Positions 11,761-25,666 are shown, numbered from the stretch's first letter. The stretch is DNA of 64,000 nucleotides from Chlorokybus atmophyticus (GCA_009103225.1 RHPI01002438.1:1184755-1248754); one strand, 5' to 3'. The notes: generated from the letters alone by a model not told the origin. Numbers and translations: made by a program.

Positions 11761-14700
11761 CTGCATGGCGGCACAAGAGTTGGTGGCAAGCATCATGCCG
11801 ATGCGACAGCAAGCGCGTCGGGAGCCTGCGCCTCTGTCGAGGGGGCGGGAGCATGATGTACAGCATGAGGAGAGTAAGGGGGTGTCTTTTTCGCCTGTGA
11901 CAGCTGCAAGTGGCAAGAAAGCGGCTGTGGATGGTGCCTTGAAGCAGGAGAAGGGCACCGACCAGACCATGGAGTGGTGTATAGGCGAGCATGTGACACC
12001 ACATGAGCGTGAGTGGCTTGAGGCATTGATGGCGCGCAAGCGTGACTGCTTCGCCTACTCTACCAAAAAGTTGGGAGTCTGCAACTTCTACACAATGGAC
12101 ATTGAGTTGACCTCTCCTGAGCCCATCTTTCGTCGGCAGGATCGGCTGAGCAAGGTGGAGAAGGAGTTTGTGGCAGAGAAGTGTGCGGACTTGTTGGAGG
12201 CCGGACACATCGAGGAGTCAACCTCGGACTTCGCGGCGGCGACAGTGTTGCCGTTGAAGAAGGATGCACAGGGAAACTGGACCTCAAGGAGGATGTGTGG
12301 TGACTATAGGCCATTGAATGAGAAGACTCAGGCTGATCGGTACCCTATGCCTATCCCTGAGGCCATCTTTGATGACATCGGTGGTGCAAAGGTGTTTTCC
12401 ATCGTGGACTTGAGGCAGGGTTTCAACCAAATAGCCATCAAGCCAGAGAACCGTGGCAAGACAGCGTTTTGGGGAGTGGATCAGCTCTACCAATGGAAGG
12501 TTATGCCTTTCGGCTTGAAGAATGCACCTGTCAAGTTCCAGCGTGTGATGGACCGTGTGCTTCGTGGTCTACCCTTTGCACGGTGCTACATCGATGACAT
12601 ATTGGTGTTTAGCCACACGATGGATGAGCATCTTGTACACTCGGAGCGCGTGTTTGAGCGCGTGCGCGAGAGCGGCATGAGGTGTCATCTGGAGAAGTGC
12701 TTGTTCGGAGCTGATCACATCCCTTATCTCGGCCATGAGATAGTGCCAGATGGCGTCCGTGTGCAGCAAGCAAAGGTGGATGCCTTGGTGCAAGTGCCTG
12801 CACCGACAGACATTAGCCGACTACGGGCGTTTCTCGGCTTGGCGAACTACTATTGGAGGTACGTGGAGGGGTATAGCAAGGTTGCAAAGCCCTTGAATGT
12901 GAGTTGTTGAAGAAGGACAAGGCCTGGGGGAGGGGGGTGCTGGTTGGAGGAGTGCCAACGTGCCTTTTAGCTTCTCAAGGAGAAGCTATGCACCGCGCCG
13001 GTGTTGAGACGGGCGGACTACAACCGTCCCTTCATCCTACACACGGATTGGAGCCGGTTGGGCATTGGGGCCGTGTTGTGTCAACATGACGACAACGGGA
13101 AGGAGTACGTGGTCGCATACGGCAGCCGAAGGAACAACAACGCTGAGGCGAACTACAGCTCCTACGAGGGGGAGTGTTTGGCAATAGTTTGGGCCATCGT
13201 TCACTTCAGACCGTTCCTCTATGGCCGTCCCTTCACACTTATCACCGACCATTAGCCCTTGAAGTGGTTGATGATCAATGACAAGCTCACAGGGAAGCAT
13301 GCCAGGTGGGCGCTCATACTGCAGGAGTATGAGTTTGAGATTGAACACCGAGCTGGTGTTGACAACATGGACGCGGATGGGCTGAGTAGGAACCCAAACC
13401 CTTCATCGTTGGATGAGAGTGAGGCGAGGCATGACTATGGCATGCTCGTGGCTGGGTTTTTGGCCTACCGTGTGGCCTCTTTGCTGGTGTTGGCGGGTTC
13501 GGTGGAAGCATGCGCATCTACGCGCGCAAACGCAGCTGGAGAGAGCGACAACGATGGTGCGATGCCGCCTTTGGAGGCTGCACCAGCCCCAACGGTCAAT
13601 GACATTGAAGGGGAGGAAGCCGAGGCTTCAAAGGACATTGGGAGGGATGAGCAAATGCTTGCTCACCTCAAGACCGGGCTGTTTCAAGCTGGTTGCAGCA
13701 CGGCGACGCGAGATCGCGTGTGGCAACGCGCGCAACGCTATTGGTGAGAGGGAGACCACCTTGTGCGCTTGATGCCGGATGGTGGTGTGAGGATTGTGCC
13801 TCAACCACATGAGAGGAAGCCACTTGTGGAGCTGCTCCATGAGAAGATGGGCCACTTTGGTGTCAAGAGGACATTTGGGCTCGTGCAATTAGCATATTGG
13901 TGGGCTGGCATGCAGTCTACCGTGGCAGGAGTTGTTGCAAGTTGTGTGGAGTGCAACAGGGTGAAGGCAAGCTTCAATACCAAGCACCCACAACTGCACC
14001 CTCTGCCTATCCAAGGACTATTCTATCGGTGGAGCCTAGATCTGGCCGGAGATCCACCATTCAGCAAGAGAGGCAACCGCTATGTGCTCGTGATGATATA
14101 GCATTTTTCAAAGTGGGTCGAGGTCGTGGCGCTGCCATCGAAGGAGAGCAAGCTTGTAGCTGAAGCTTTCCTTGACCAAGTACTGAGCAGATTCGGTGCT
14201 TGTGCTGAGGTTCTCACTGACGAAGGCACCGAGTTTCGTGGCCAGTTTGACTTGTTCGCGCAAGCCGTCATCGACCATCGAAAGACTTCCCGTGACCATC
14301 CTCAAGCCGATGGGCTTGCTGAGAGAATGGTACAGGTGGTGAAGAAGGGGCTTCGCAAGTACTGTCTCAACCACAACAAGAGAGACTGGGACTTGGCGTT
14401 GCCATGGCTGGCAATGGGCTATCGCATGACGCGGCAGGCTGCGTTGAGCTCATACAGCCCTTATTTTTGTTGTATGGGAGAGAGCCTATACTGCCAACAT
14501 CAATCCGGAGACAGGCTGAACAGGAGCTTGACTTGGAGGATCCCACTGTGTGGGAGAAGGAGATGGCGAAGCGTGCGGAGCTGTTTCGGCGTGTGATGCC
14601 AATCGCACTTGACAACTTGCAAGTGGAGCAACACAGCGACACGTTGCGCTATGCCAGGGTGAGGAGTGGCTTCTACAAGCCAAGACTGCAGAAGTTTCAG

Positions 14701-15120
14701 CTAGGTGACTTTGTCTACCTGCAGAGAAAGACCGAGGACACGCTGGATACGAGTGCGAGTCGCACCATCCTTCGTGTGAAGAAGCTCCTCAACAACGGTG
14801 TGTTGTTATTGGAGGGAGCTGATGCCAGGACCACCAAGGATCACATGAAGAGCTGCGCTCCTTGCCATCTGCTAAACGTGGATGACAGTGTGGATCCGGC
14901 TCCGGCAATACCAGATGTGGGTCACCGTTGTGAACGGTGTGGCCGAGCAGAGGGCTGGGAAACCATGCTTCTATGCGACAGGTGTGTTGCCGGTTGGCAC
15001 ATGGAGTGCCTTCATCCACCACTTAAGGAGATCCCTGATGGAGCATGGTACTGTCCGGCGTGTACGAGAGAACTACGCGATGAGCGTGTGAGTCAGCTGA
15101 AGGCGCACGAGGGCGTTGGC
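11761..15120 (+). pseudogene. pol: Element D RT - RNase H - rve integrase - PHD finger (several stops and frameshifts)
   Basis: RMCGDYRPLN, MPFGLKNAP, CYIDDIL; LHTDWSRLGIGAVL; HEKMGHFG..CVECNR; WSLDLAG, LTDEGTEF, GLAERMV; PHD CERCG..MLLCDRC..WHMECLHPPLKEIPDGAWYCPAC. Confidence 0.92.
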
Positions 15121-15291
15121 GATCAGCTGCAGGGGGTGGTGACACGCATCATTCAATATGTGTGTCTACCATGTGATGAGAGGCAGTGCATGAGACAGCA
15201 TGACATGGTCTCATGGTGTACAGTAGCATGCGGACATGCATGACAAGGTGGTTTACGACGAGTTCGAGCCACGATGAGGGAAGGCATGACA

Positions 15292-16142
15292 GCCTCCTTC
15301 CACCTCCACTCTGTCTCCTTGAGAAGTTCGTTGAGGGGGCGCGCCACTTTGGCAAAGTCTTGTACGAACATCCTGTAGTAGTTGGCGAGGCCAAAGAAGG
15401 CACGCAGTCTAGTCAGGTTCGCCGGGGCTGGGGTAGATGCCAAAGCCTCCACCTCGGCCTGCTGAACGTACACGCCGTTGGGCATGACCATGTGGCCGAG
15501 GTAGGGGACCTTGTGGGTAAAGAAAGTGCACTTGTCGGGTTGCACAGTCATCCCTACTGTCTGAACTCTCTTTCGCACCTCCTCGATGTGGAGGAGATGC
15601 TCCTCCGCCATGTGACTGATGATTAGAATGTCGTCGATGTAGCACCGCACGAAGGAGCATCCCTTCAACGCCTTGTCCATCACGCGCTGGAACTTTGCTG
15701 GCGCGTGCTTCAGTCCGAAAGGCATGACCTTCCAGTGGTAGAGCTGTCGGTTGCTCTAGATTGCCGTCTTGTGCTTGTCTGCGAGCTTGATCTCGATCTG
15801 GTTGTACCCCTGCCTCATGTCCAAAATGCTGAACACGGTGCACGAGCCGACGTCGTCAAAGATGGCGTCCGCGGTTGGCATTAGGTACCGGTCCTGCTTG
15901 GTGTTGTTGTTGAGTGGGCGATAGTCCCCACACATACGCCATTTTGTCCAGTTGCCCTCCGAGTCCTTCTTAAGGGGTATGATTGTGGCGGCGGCAAAGT
16001 CTGACGTGAACTCCTTGATGAGTCCCGCCTCCAGCAATGCCTTGCATCGCTGCTCCACCAAATCTTCCTCCAACTTGGACAGCTTGTACTGCCTTCTAAA
16101 CACCGAATCTTTGTTGACGAGGTCGATGTCCATTTGGTACAC
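15292..16142 (-). pseudogene. pol: Element C reverse transcriptase
   Basis: WRMCGDYRPLNNNTKQDRY, ILDMRQGYNQI, MPFGLKHAP, CYIDDIL, FFGLANYYR; one internal stop. Confidence 0.93.
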
Positions 16143-17583
16143 TTAGCGCTTGACGAATCCCTTGATGTTGAAGCTGAGCTGAGCTCTCCACCTGTTGAGG
16201 AGAGCCTCCAACTGCTCCTTCACGGGCCTTGTAGCCAAGGGTCCCATGGCATGATCCCATGACGTGGCTGTCGCCTGCACCGGGATATCCTCCACTGTGA
16301 CTGCAGCCTGCTCTTCCATGTGAGCGATCTCCAGGGCGGTGTGGGCCACGACAGCATCGGAGCGATTGACCCACCCCCAGACAGGTGCTTGAGATCCTTG
16401 AGAGACACCTGTCGGTCTTGAATGGCAAAGCACATCTCCAGCATTCAAACCATACTGTTCTGGTCCATGGCGCGACCCAAGAGTTGCCTCTGTTGGTTGT
16501 CTGTCAGTGAGCACCCTGTTATGCTGCCTGTGATGAACCCCATAGCGCGTTCGCGCTCGCGTGCGTTGGGTTTGTCTAATTGGCCTGTGTTGTTGTCGAA
16601 GACCATGCTATCCCCGCCATCTCTGTAGGGATATGAGCCCGCGTATGAAACCAGCGTGGGGAGAGCTCGACGTGGTTCTCCTGGTTGGTTGCACTAGTAA
16701 AAATGGTTGTGGTTATGGAGAGACTGGCTGTGACGTCCTGCCAATGTCGTGGATGTCATCCAACAAGTTCAGGGGACGCAAAATAAGAAGGTGCTCAGCG
16801 GCGATCAACTCTTCCACAGCGGCGAGGTTTGTCCACTTGGCGCGGACGCGGTGTGCACGACACATGGCGTGCAGCGTTCATCCTGATCGGGTGGCCAAGG
16901 ATTGAGCACACGACCCGGTAGCTGTGCTGCACCAGGTGGCGGCGATCATCCTCGGAGTGGACATTCTTCATGATGTACGCCAGAGGGTGTTGAATCTGGT
17001 GGTGTTGCAGCAGGTGGATGACTCGCAGCAACTCCAAAAAGATTGTGGACCGTGGATTGTGTAGCCCATGTTCTGTGCCGGCCCGGGCACTCCCATCCAG
17101 CAACAGATCCACATTGCCCAAGACAATGAGAAGATCAGTCGAAATGAGGCGAACGTCTTGAGGCAACGCCTTAAGACTTCCGCGCAATGCAGATAATGGC
17201 AGAAGGTGTGGATAGCGCGAGTGCAACTGGCGCAGATGATGGCGAACAGCAGTGTGGGCACGCGGATCAGGGTCACATTAGTGATATTATGTTACCTTGA
17301 CACCGGTGTTGAGAAGGACTGCCAAGCCGCTGCCAATCCCGCCGAACAGCTCCAGCAAGGTGACTCCTTGTTGGCGCCGCGCCGCGCTGAAGTCCACGAC
17401 TCCAGTTGCCACGGTAAACCAGTCTGCAACCGGGACCTCTTCGTAGTAGTCTGGAAAGCGTGTGGGGAACGTCTGTTTGTTCAGCAACGCATGTGCGATC
17501 ACCCCTGCTCCCCAGCGACGCTTTGCCGGGTCCTGCAAGGCCACCTCCTTGGTTGTCGTGTTGTGCGTGTTGAAATTGGGCAT
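16143..17583 (-). pseudogene. Element C C5 cytosine methyltransferase, inactivated
   Basis: LLELFGGIGSGLAV. Motif IV is broken by small deletions (gga tgg gag tgc = GWEC survives out of frame) and ENV reads KNV. Several frameshifts. Confidence 0.85.
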
Positions 17584-17589
17584 GGGTGA

Positions 17590-18080
17590 CGGTTGTAAAG
17601 GTGGCCCCCATGAGTTGACGTGCTCGTGTGGACAGCACCGGGTCCAGGGTGATAAACTCGATGGTGAAACCGCTGCGCCAGCCGGGTCTGAACCATGCTT
17701 GTTTGGTCCAGTTGTCCATGCTGATGGCTACGGGGTAGCTGAAGTCCTGCCCAACCAGCAGGTCATAGCTGGTGGCGTTGGTGACCACACACCGCTGAGC
17801 CAGCTGCGTGTTGTGAGGTCCAACCCAATCAGGGTAATGGTGAGGACTTCCTTGGTGATGCCAGCGGGGCTTTCTCGTCCTCCCGTGACGGTGTCAATAT
17901 CGAAGGGGCAGCTGTCCAGCGACGCTGCTGTGAGACCCAAGGCCTTAGCCAAGTGTCGGCCGATGATACATGGTCATGCCCCTCCATCCAGCATGACGCG
18001 CTTGGGCGCACGTCCGTTGATCTGCACATGCTTGCCCTGGTTGGCAACCATAACGGCGTTGGCGTTGAGCCGTGCGCGAT
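17590..18080 (-). pseudogene. Element C aspartic protease
   Basis: RVMLDGGA*PCII..CPFDIDTVTGG..VTNATSYDLLVGQDF aligns with B protease RVMLDTGAQPVII. Confidence 0.8.
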
Positions 18081-18340
18081 TGTTGGGATGGCGAGGAACA
18101 GTATGTGCGGTGGGGGTGTTGCTCCAAAGTGCTAGTCCTCAAGGCTGCCATGGCTCCTCTTCCTGCCGCAGGAGCTGTACCCTGTCCTGGTGCACTCCCT
18201 TGTTTTGTTTCACCCCCCTGCCCTGGCCCCTGGCCAGGTGGTGCCGGCGCCGGCGGTGGATAGCGACGAGGGGTTGGGTCAGTACCAGGAGCTGGTGGTG
18301 GTGGTGGTGGTGGAGGAACGCGTTCCATTGCTGCCACTGT

Positions 18341-19300
18341 CTACATGTTGGTCCAATAGAGTGCATGAGCGGCCTCACGCACAAGTGTGCCCTCCCATGT
18401 GGCTGAGGGGTGATACCGCCAGTCGGCGAACTCCTCCAACTGAGGCATAGGCGTGAGGTAGACGGCGCGTACTAGCTGCCTTCTCAATGTGTCGTCAATG
18501 GTGGGTATCCCCATGATGCTCCGCATGTACATGTCCCACCGGCCTCTAGAAATCCCGACGTCAATCGCTGTCATGACCCGTCCTCTCAGGGTGTCGGGTG
18601 AGTCCTGCTGTCGACGCTGGTTGTCATAGGCCTGCGCGATGCGCCGGAGTTGCCGTGCTGCCTCGATGCCTGGTAAATGCATGAGGGCGATCACCATAGT
18701 GACCGTGTCACGAATGCCATAAAGACGCAACCGGTCCACCACTTGGTCGTATGCTTGCCGTATAGAGCGCATGAACGCACTCATCCAGTGCAGTCTCGAT
18801 AGCAACGCGAAAAGTGGAACTGCAGGGTGGTTGTTGATCAACTAGGTGAGTACTTGAGCCCGTTCTCTCGTGGTTTGCTGTAGTCACAGCATCCCTCTGA
18901 GCGTGGCGCCTTCCGAGCCTTGTTGTTGCAACGTCCCCTGGATGGCTTCCTGCAGCAGGTGTGTGCGCAACTGTTGCTCCCCGTGTGTTTGTTGATCATC
19001 AAGATGCGGGTGGGCTCCCCGTTGAAGATACCCCTTCCCTGGTTGACGCTGGTTTGCTAGCCAGGTGTTGGTCATGTTGACGATGAGGGTAGCGATTTCC
19101 CCCCTGAAATATCTGCTCAACGCCTCCGTTTCAACGCGTCTGATGCGCTCCCTGTCGTCGTCGGTGGGATGTTGCGGCCTGTTCACCCAGATGTTGCCAT
19201 ATGCTTCGGCACGGATGTCGTCGATGATGACGCCAGCTGGTGCTTCATCGATATCCCGCTGGACATTGTTAAAGTAGTCCCATTTGCAACAACGGACCAC
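18341..19300 (-). pseudogene. Element C conserved domain of unknown function between gag and protease
   Basis: GKGYL..GEQQLRTHLL, NNHPAVPLF..SAFMRSIRQAYD, GRW..GIPTI..LVRAVYLTPMPQ, ATWEGTLVREAAHA are collinear with B 41420-42095. Confidence 0.8.
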
Positions 19301-19699
19301 CTAATCTCGATGCTCACGAAACTGGGGAGCCTGATCTAGTGCGTAGAAGCGGCGGCATTGCTCATGCTATGAAAATTTGTCAAACTCACGGTCGTTGCCC
19401 AGCGGACGCGCAGCAAATGCCCGAAACGATTGAACCACCTGCAGGTCCAAGTTGTCGAAGTGGTCCAGGTTGGACGGCTCTTAGTTGGGTGGTTTCAGCA
19501 ATGCTAGATGCTCCGGTACCGACCGATGGCGGTTGTACACATCCCACAACATAGTGAGGGTTTTGTCGGTGATGCGCAGGGCGCGGAAGTTGTGGCCCAG
19601 CTCCTGACAATGGAGAGGGCCAGTGTCGACACATATAACAGGGCATTCTCGTCGATGCGCCACATGAAGTGGTCACCTCCAACGTGCGCCGGGGTGATT

Positions 19700-20972
19700 G
19701 GCATGTCAGCGGCTGTACATGTTGGTCGTTGTCCGAGTGGGAAATGCTGCCGGTACGTCAGCTACGCCGGCTGAGATTGCCTCCGCTGTCGCGAACGTGG
19801 AAAGTCCCGTCTCCGTGGCAGCAATGGTGGACGTTGATGGTCCGGTGATACCGAGCTGGGTGATAGTTGCAGTACTGGTTGGATGCGCAGTGGAGTCAAT
19901 AGCGGCGATGGTTGCTGCTGATGAGATGACTGCCATCGAATCGGCAGCAAGGACAGCTGAGGTTGCAACAATAGTTGCCGCAAGACTTTCACCAACGGCA
20001 GCGGTAGCGGCTGTCGTGGTTGGTGTTGCAGCAGTTGCAGTGGAATCTGCGAGGACTCTTGCAAATATAGACAATAACTCCGAGGCACTAGTGGCGTCGG
20101 CCGGCGAAGGCGTTGTGGTTGTTGCTGCTGTTGTTGCCTCTTGGCCAGCAGGACGAGCTGTTCCACATGTGGAGTATGGCCCAGCGTCCCCTTGGGTTCG
20201 CCGTGGTGGCTGTATGCGGGTAGGGGGGGTGGCTCCCTCATGCTTCACTCCCATTGCTGCCCATCGCGCCATGTAGCATGCGATATTCATCCTCCCTGTC
20301 TTTCAGTAACGCGTGAAGCTCGTCCGTCCGTGCTGTGAGGCAAGCAACCACCTCCGTGCTCTCCGCACCATGCGACCTGCGGGCAGCGTTGCCTGCTTTG
20401 GGTCCAACCTGATGGTTCTGTTTTGGTTTCGGCGGGTTGTTCTTCCCCCGATAGCCGTTGTTGGCTGGCTTCTTGCCCTTGTTGCCGTTGTGGCTGTTGT
20501 GCTTGTAACCGCTGCTGCCACTGTAGCTGTCTGAGGGTCTCAACTTAGGATGTTTGGCATAGCAAATTGCCTCCAAGTGTCCAGTCTTGTGACAGTGGTC
20601 GCACACCAGGTTTCCGTACTCCTCCGTGCAGTCCTTCTGATAGTGGCGACCACACCGATGGCAGACGACAGGAGCAGGTAGTGCAGTGTAAGCTGACTTC
20701 GCAGGAGACCGGGGTGTGTTGGTGGGATAAGACTCGCGGTCACGTCGGCTGGGGTCTAGAGCAGAGACAGAAGCACGTGAGGGACCAGAGTTTATACCTA
20801 GCACGGCTCTCATCCACACCTGGCGGTCATGAATTGCCAGGGCTGTTCCAAAGGCTTGAAGCAGCGAATACCCTTGTGGTCGGGTATTGTTAAGAGCGTT
20901 GTCTACCGTTTTGTTTAGTGGAGGCTCAAGTTGGCTGACGAGCATCACGGCGGCAACTTTGTCGCTGAGGAT
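19700..20972 (-). pseudogene. gag: Element C gag, C-terminal half (zinc knuckles and Ala/Thr-rich linker)
   Basis: LSDKVAAVMLV..RPQGYSLLQAF; CHRCGRHYQKDCT; CDHCHKTGHLEAIC. Confidence 0.88.
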
Positions 20973-20989
20973 CACACCGATTGACGTCA

Positions 20990-21500
20990 AAGGACCATGA
21001 ATGGTCCGTACCTCTAGACAGGGATTTTCCTGCTAAGTGGCTTTGGTGGACTATATATGGTCGGACTGTCAATGACAGTCGGACCATGCATGGTCCAAAC
21101 CTCACGTGAACAGTCCCATGTTTGTTGAGGGTCGCACCATGTATGGTGACCTGTTTGTATGAGTTTGCAAGGACCATGTATGGTGCAATGCCCCCTGGCG
21201 CAGAAGACCAGGCATGGTTTGTTACTTCCACATGTCTGGTGATTGACAATCGCATCATGCACGGTTCATGGATACGGACCGAAAGTCTTTGTTTAAACAG
21301 ACATATTTCGGACCATACATGGTCCACAAGCAGCACCATGTCTGGTCCTAACAGACAACGCACCACATGGTCTGATTGACAGTCGCACCATGCATGATCT
21401 GTCATGATGTCACAGCCATTGAATCCATGCATGGTCTTAGCACTGGTGCCTGCACCGTGCCCGGTGCATACAATCCGACACGCATGCAATTTGCAAAAAT
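20990..21500. repeat. Left subterminal repeats of the CACTA element (GGACCATG/CATGGTCC motifs)
   Basis: Many ggaccatg, catggtcc and atggtcc motifs in both orientations. Confidence 0.8.
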
Positions 21501-21628
21501 GCTGTAATGGACTGTCAAACAACAGCCCATCAGTGTCAAGCCAGTGATACTGTAGCTACAGTCTCCTACATGCACTTCAAGCTGCGGTTACAGGAGGTAA
21601 CAGGAGGTCACAGGAGCAGCTAACAACA

Positions 21629-24049
21629 TCAGTCTGTTGTGTTGCCAGCACCTTCACCTGGAAGCCAGACTTGTGCCCTCCCTGGTTGATTCAGCCCCAA
21701 TGTGAAGACACCCGCGACAGCCTTGCTCGACAGCATCTCTTGCAAACACTCATCGAGTGCTTGTTGAGCTCTGCGCGACAACTGTACTGTCATGTGCTTT
21801 GACAAACAGTAACTTGACCATAGCATAGGAAACCACCCATCTAAGAGGATGACGAGGGCTGTCGCGTCCACTGCCTCTTGGGTCGGAATGGCTTTCTCTT
21901 CTTTGCCTCGCTCAAAAGCCCTGCATTGTACCAAATCATCACTCTTGAAAACCAGCAAAGGACTGTCGTTAACTTGCTGCAGTGAAGTATGCATACCTAG
22001 TAGTTTGCGATTGGATCCCCACTCGCACCCGCCTTCAACATCTTTGTTGGTCACCAACCACTTTCTCCTGGCAGCAAAGTCGACAATGGCTCTCAAGATC
22101 AGCTCGTATGGCACACGCTTCATTCGGTTGGGGTCCTTGAATGCCAGTTGGTGACCATTGTGGAACAGCGTGTGCTCGATGTGGTGGTAGTACTCATACA
22201 TGTCCATCGCCTCCTCTCTGGTGGGGGCGTCGGGCTTGGTGTTGCACACAATCCCCGCTGCAATTCGCAACTCCATGGCGGCGGCTTCATCTTCACAGTC
22301 ATAGATGGCCCCAGCAACCTGCATAGGACCCAGAGTGGTCAGTGCAGTCCATTGGCGAGTGTCGATATCATTGACAGTCTGCAATGCGTTGATGACTGTC
22401 AAGAACTGCAACATGTAATGCAATTTGCGATTGTCAAGGCGTGATCAATGGCTGCATTGGCGACCGTTCATCATGTGACAGCAGCCTAACGACAGCTCTT
22501 ATTAACCTCTGTGTCTGTGCTGTGCCTGGCTGCGGGCGTAGGCAGCCGGTCCTTGATGCAACCCGGCACCGCAATGCGCTCATCGTTAGCGCATGCCTCA
22601 CAGGGGCAGATGCCTCCGCAGGCCAAGAACATCATGGGCCACTCCACCGTCCTGCCCTGCATGTTGTTGTGTTTAACACAAGAACTGCTCATGCACTACA
22701 CCATACAGTTACAGCAGGAGCATGTGCATATCTACAGCAAGCAATGTACCTCCAGAGTACGTCCACTATGGCAGCTGCTTGTCGGCGTGCCATAGAGAAA
22801 ATGCCTTTCTTTCACAGGTAGTTCAACGGCAAGGTTGACATCCTCATTGCTCATTGCCATCCAATGGTTAACAGAGACTAGATACGTGCGCATTGGTTGG
22901 TCTGGCTCGCATAGAGAACCGATGGTGGCGACGCCAACGACTACTGCGTTGTTGCAAATATTGAACACCTGATCTTCAGCATATCCGTCCGCACCCCTGT
23001 CGTGACACGCAGAGTAGCATTCAAAGTAGCAGGCACCATGTGTTAAGCCAATATGCATGGAGGCAGCAGCTCAGCAAAACAGTACAACAGGACCGACAGT
23101 TGACCGACAGCACCATAGTTGCTTAACTCTTTTTTAGCCAAGTGGCCCGGTATTCAGCGTTTGTGAGAGGAAGAGCGGTTAAAGGCGCAAGCATGACCAC
23201 GTGCTGGTTGGCCCTCATGTCCCTCCCAAGACAAAATGTCATGCCCCAGCCAGCTCCAGCTTGAGCAGCGCGGCTGCCTTGTGCAGCTTCCCTGTCGCTG
23301 GCACGCCTTTGCTTCTTGGCCTCATTGCGTTCTTGGACGCTCTTCCCGATACCACTACCGCGCTTCGCGCGAACGGAGTACTGCAGCACCAGTACATGCT
23401 GCTTGATTTGTGCCGCAACACAAGCAGATAAGAGTACAGCAACGTACCAACGGCAAGGACTGTCAACGGCAAGATAGCTCCACTACAGCATTTTCAGCTG
23501 TTGGAAGATGGCATCTAGCAGAAGACAGCCTTAAAGACAGCATATCGCAACCGGTCAATGAAGCAACAAGCACAAACACAGCAACCAAGGCAAGGACTGT
23601 CAACGGCAAGACAGCTAAGCAGACAGTGAGTGAACTAAAAGCTGGACGACATGCCTGAAAGCTCACTTCAACACAGCTGCATTCAAGTTTCTATTAAACA
23701 GCAGATTTCACCAAGAAAGCAGCTCACCTTTTGTCCACGTGAGCGTGTGGTTTGCGTCAAAGACCAGTGGAAGTGATTGCTGCAAGACCGCCTCGCATAC
23801 TTTGTCGAGCTCTTGCCGGTGCTCGGCATTCATCTTGAAGTCCTTGCCCTTCATACCTTGAGGTAGTGGCCACTTGCTTAACATCTCCTTTTTCAGCTTC
23901 TCCAGGTTGACCATCAGCGTTGTGCGCATATGCTTGTACTCCTCCTTCATCAAGAACTGCTGGCCTTTCACCTGGCCCAGCAAATGGTTGCCCTTGGCCC
24001 TAAAGCAATCAGTTGCAGCAGGCAGTTGGCTGCCCTCCTCAGTAGCCAT
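21629..24049 (-). CDS. Probable multi-exon cargo gene of unknown function in the CACTA element
   Basis: Protein-like ORFs at 21629-22423 (264 aa), 22732-23058, 23123-23389 and 23708-24049, separated by intron-like gacagt-rich spacers. No family recognised and the exon joins are not established. Confidence 0.45.
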
Positions 24050-24818
24050 AATGTCAGCTGAACAGCCTGAACAAGCAACCGAACTTAGTGCACAGACAGT
24101 GACTCAGCGCGCAATTAACAAGGCATGCAAGCTTCAAAGCAAAACAAACACCTTTCAGGTAAGCGCTGACAGCTCAAGCAGCAAACCACAAACGACTAGT
24201 GCAATTTTTCAAGCAACACACAACCAGGGCGCATGAAAACTCGCAAGCGAACTCACTACTCACTCACTAGGACTGTCAAGTCCTACCGTGTTCCATATGG
24301 ACAGTCGCACGAGCCGCACAAGCCGCAATTGTGCAGTGCCAAATGCAGTGCGACATAGTCCATGGAACTCACAAAGCTAGTGACACGGCTGTCAATCCCT
24401 AGACTTTCCTTATATATCTGGGGGTTGTCATATATTGGACGTCGAATCGACGCCAAACGCACTGCTAGCAACAGATTGCGTGGAAGATACAAGGCGGCTG
24501 TTAAGGGTTAGCAGTGTTAGGGCTAGGGACTCACCAATTTGGCGGCTGTCGTTGATGGGACATCATCGATTGGACGGAAGGTTGGCGGCGTATATAGCCG
24601 TTGCATGGTCTCGCTAGTATAGTTTGCTGTGGTTGTGGTTGTTGTGGTTGTGGTTGTGGGTGTAGCTCAGGGCGCAGGGTGAAGCGAAGAGAGGTGTGCG
24701 GAGCTGTGAGGAGTTGTACAAGACAGTCGCTAGGAGAAGGATTGCCAGGCAGTTGGACATCATGGAACGAAGGCGGGCGCCCATTGGGGCGCCGTTTATT
24801 TAAGGCTGCCCGTTCTGC

Positions 24819-25473
24819 ATGTGCAATGTGCAAGCTGGTCACCGTGATGCAAGGGTTCAACCAACGGGGGGAGAGACCAAGCCCACCAAAATCGGACAGC
24901 ACTTCAACACGCAGGTGTGCCGATGCGTGCGCATGATCAACAACCGGGGCGGTAGGGAGGACCAGGATGTGTGCAAGGCTATGGGGCTTCAATACCAGCA
25001 AGCCATCAAGGTAAGAACGTTCAACAATCAAGATTGTTTACGACATGCATGGGCTGTCAATGCTCTGTGCCATGGCGCATCGCGCATCGCATTGACAGTC
25101 GCTACTGAGATCCTGTGCATGTCACTTGCAATGCATGATGTTGTTTTGTTCTATCAGCCTAGGTATCAACTTACATTTGCGTGACATGTCCCATTGCACG
25201 AGAAACTCACCAGCAGCGTATTGCAGAAGGATCGATTCCCGGCCCACCCTCACCCACATGTCGCGGTGATGAAATACTATAAAATGGCAGAAGTCATGGC
25301 CATCCCAGGATGGGTGAGTTGATGCATTTGTACACTAATCATCGCGGCATTCTTACTTACCCAAGGTTACAGACGCAAGAACTGTGGGACGAAGCGGGAC
25401 GGCTGTCAAGACAGTATACCTTTTGGCCTCGCAATACGCAGTTGGAGGTAGAAGAGGAGCAAGCGGAGCAGGC

Positions 25474-25504
<31 letters not shown>

Positions 25505-25666
25505 CAACAGCAACAAGAGCCGGAAGGAAGCGAGGAGGCAGACTCGGAGGAGACTGCAGATGTCTCAACAAGTCCATCATTGCGTAAATCCTCCGCACAG
25601 CAACGCGGCAAAGGACCTGCGATGAATCCCAAAGAAGAGTTCCGTGCAGCTCTTCAAGAGATGTAG
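24819..25666 (+). CDS. Possible spliced plus-strand cargo ORF with poly-Q tract
   Basis: Exon-like segments ending at GT donors (aag|gtaaga near 25010, tgg|gtgag near 25313); (CAG/CAA)n at 25475-25516. Product unknown. Confidence 0.3.

Larger units (their letters stand above)
7167..15291 (+). mobile_element. Element D: MTase- and PHD-encoding Ty3/gypsy with no long terminal direct repeat (A-b-PBS-internal-PPT-B)
   Basis: TSD GCCT (7163-7166 / 15292-15295) and termini TGTCATGC..GCATGACA. TATA 7624-7630; PBS 7946-7958 complementary to 7657-7669; PPT 15131-15136; B 15137-15291 starts with the b sequence also found at 7927-7940. Confidence 0.9.
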
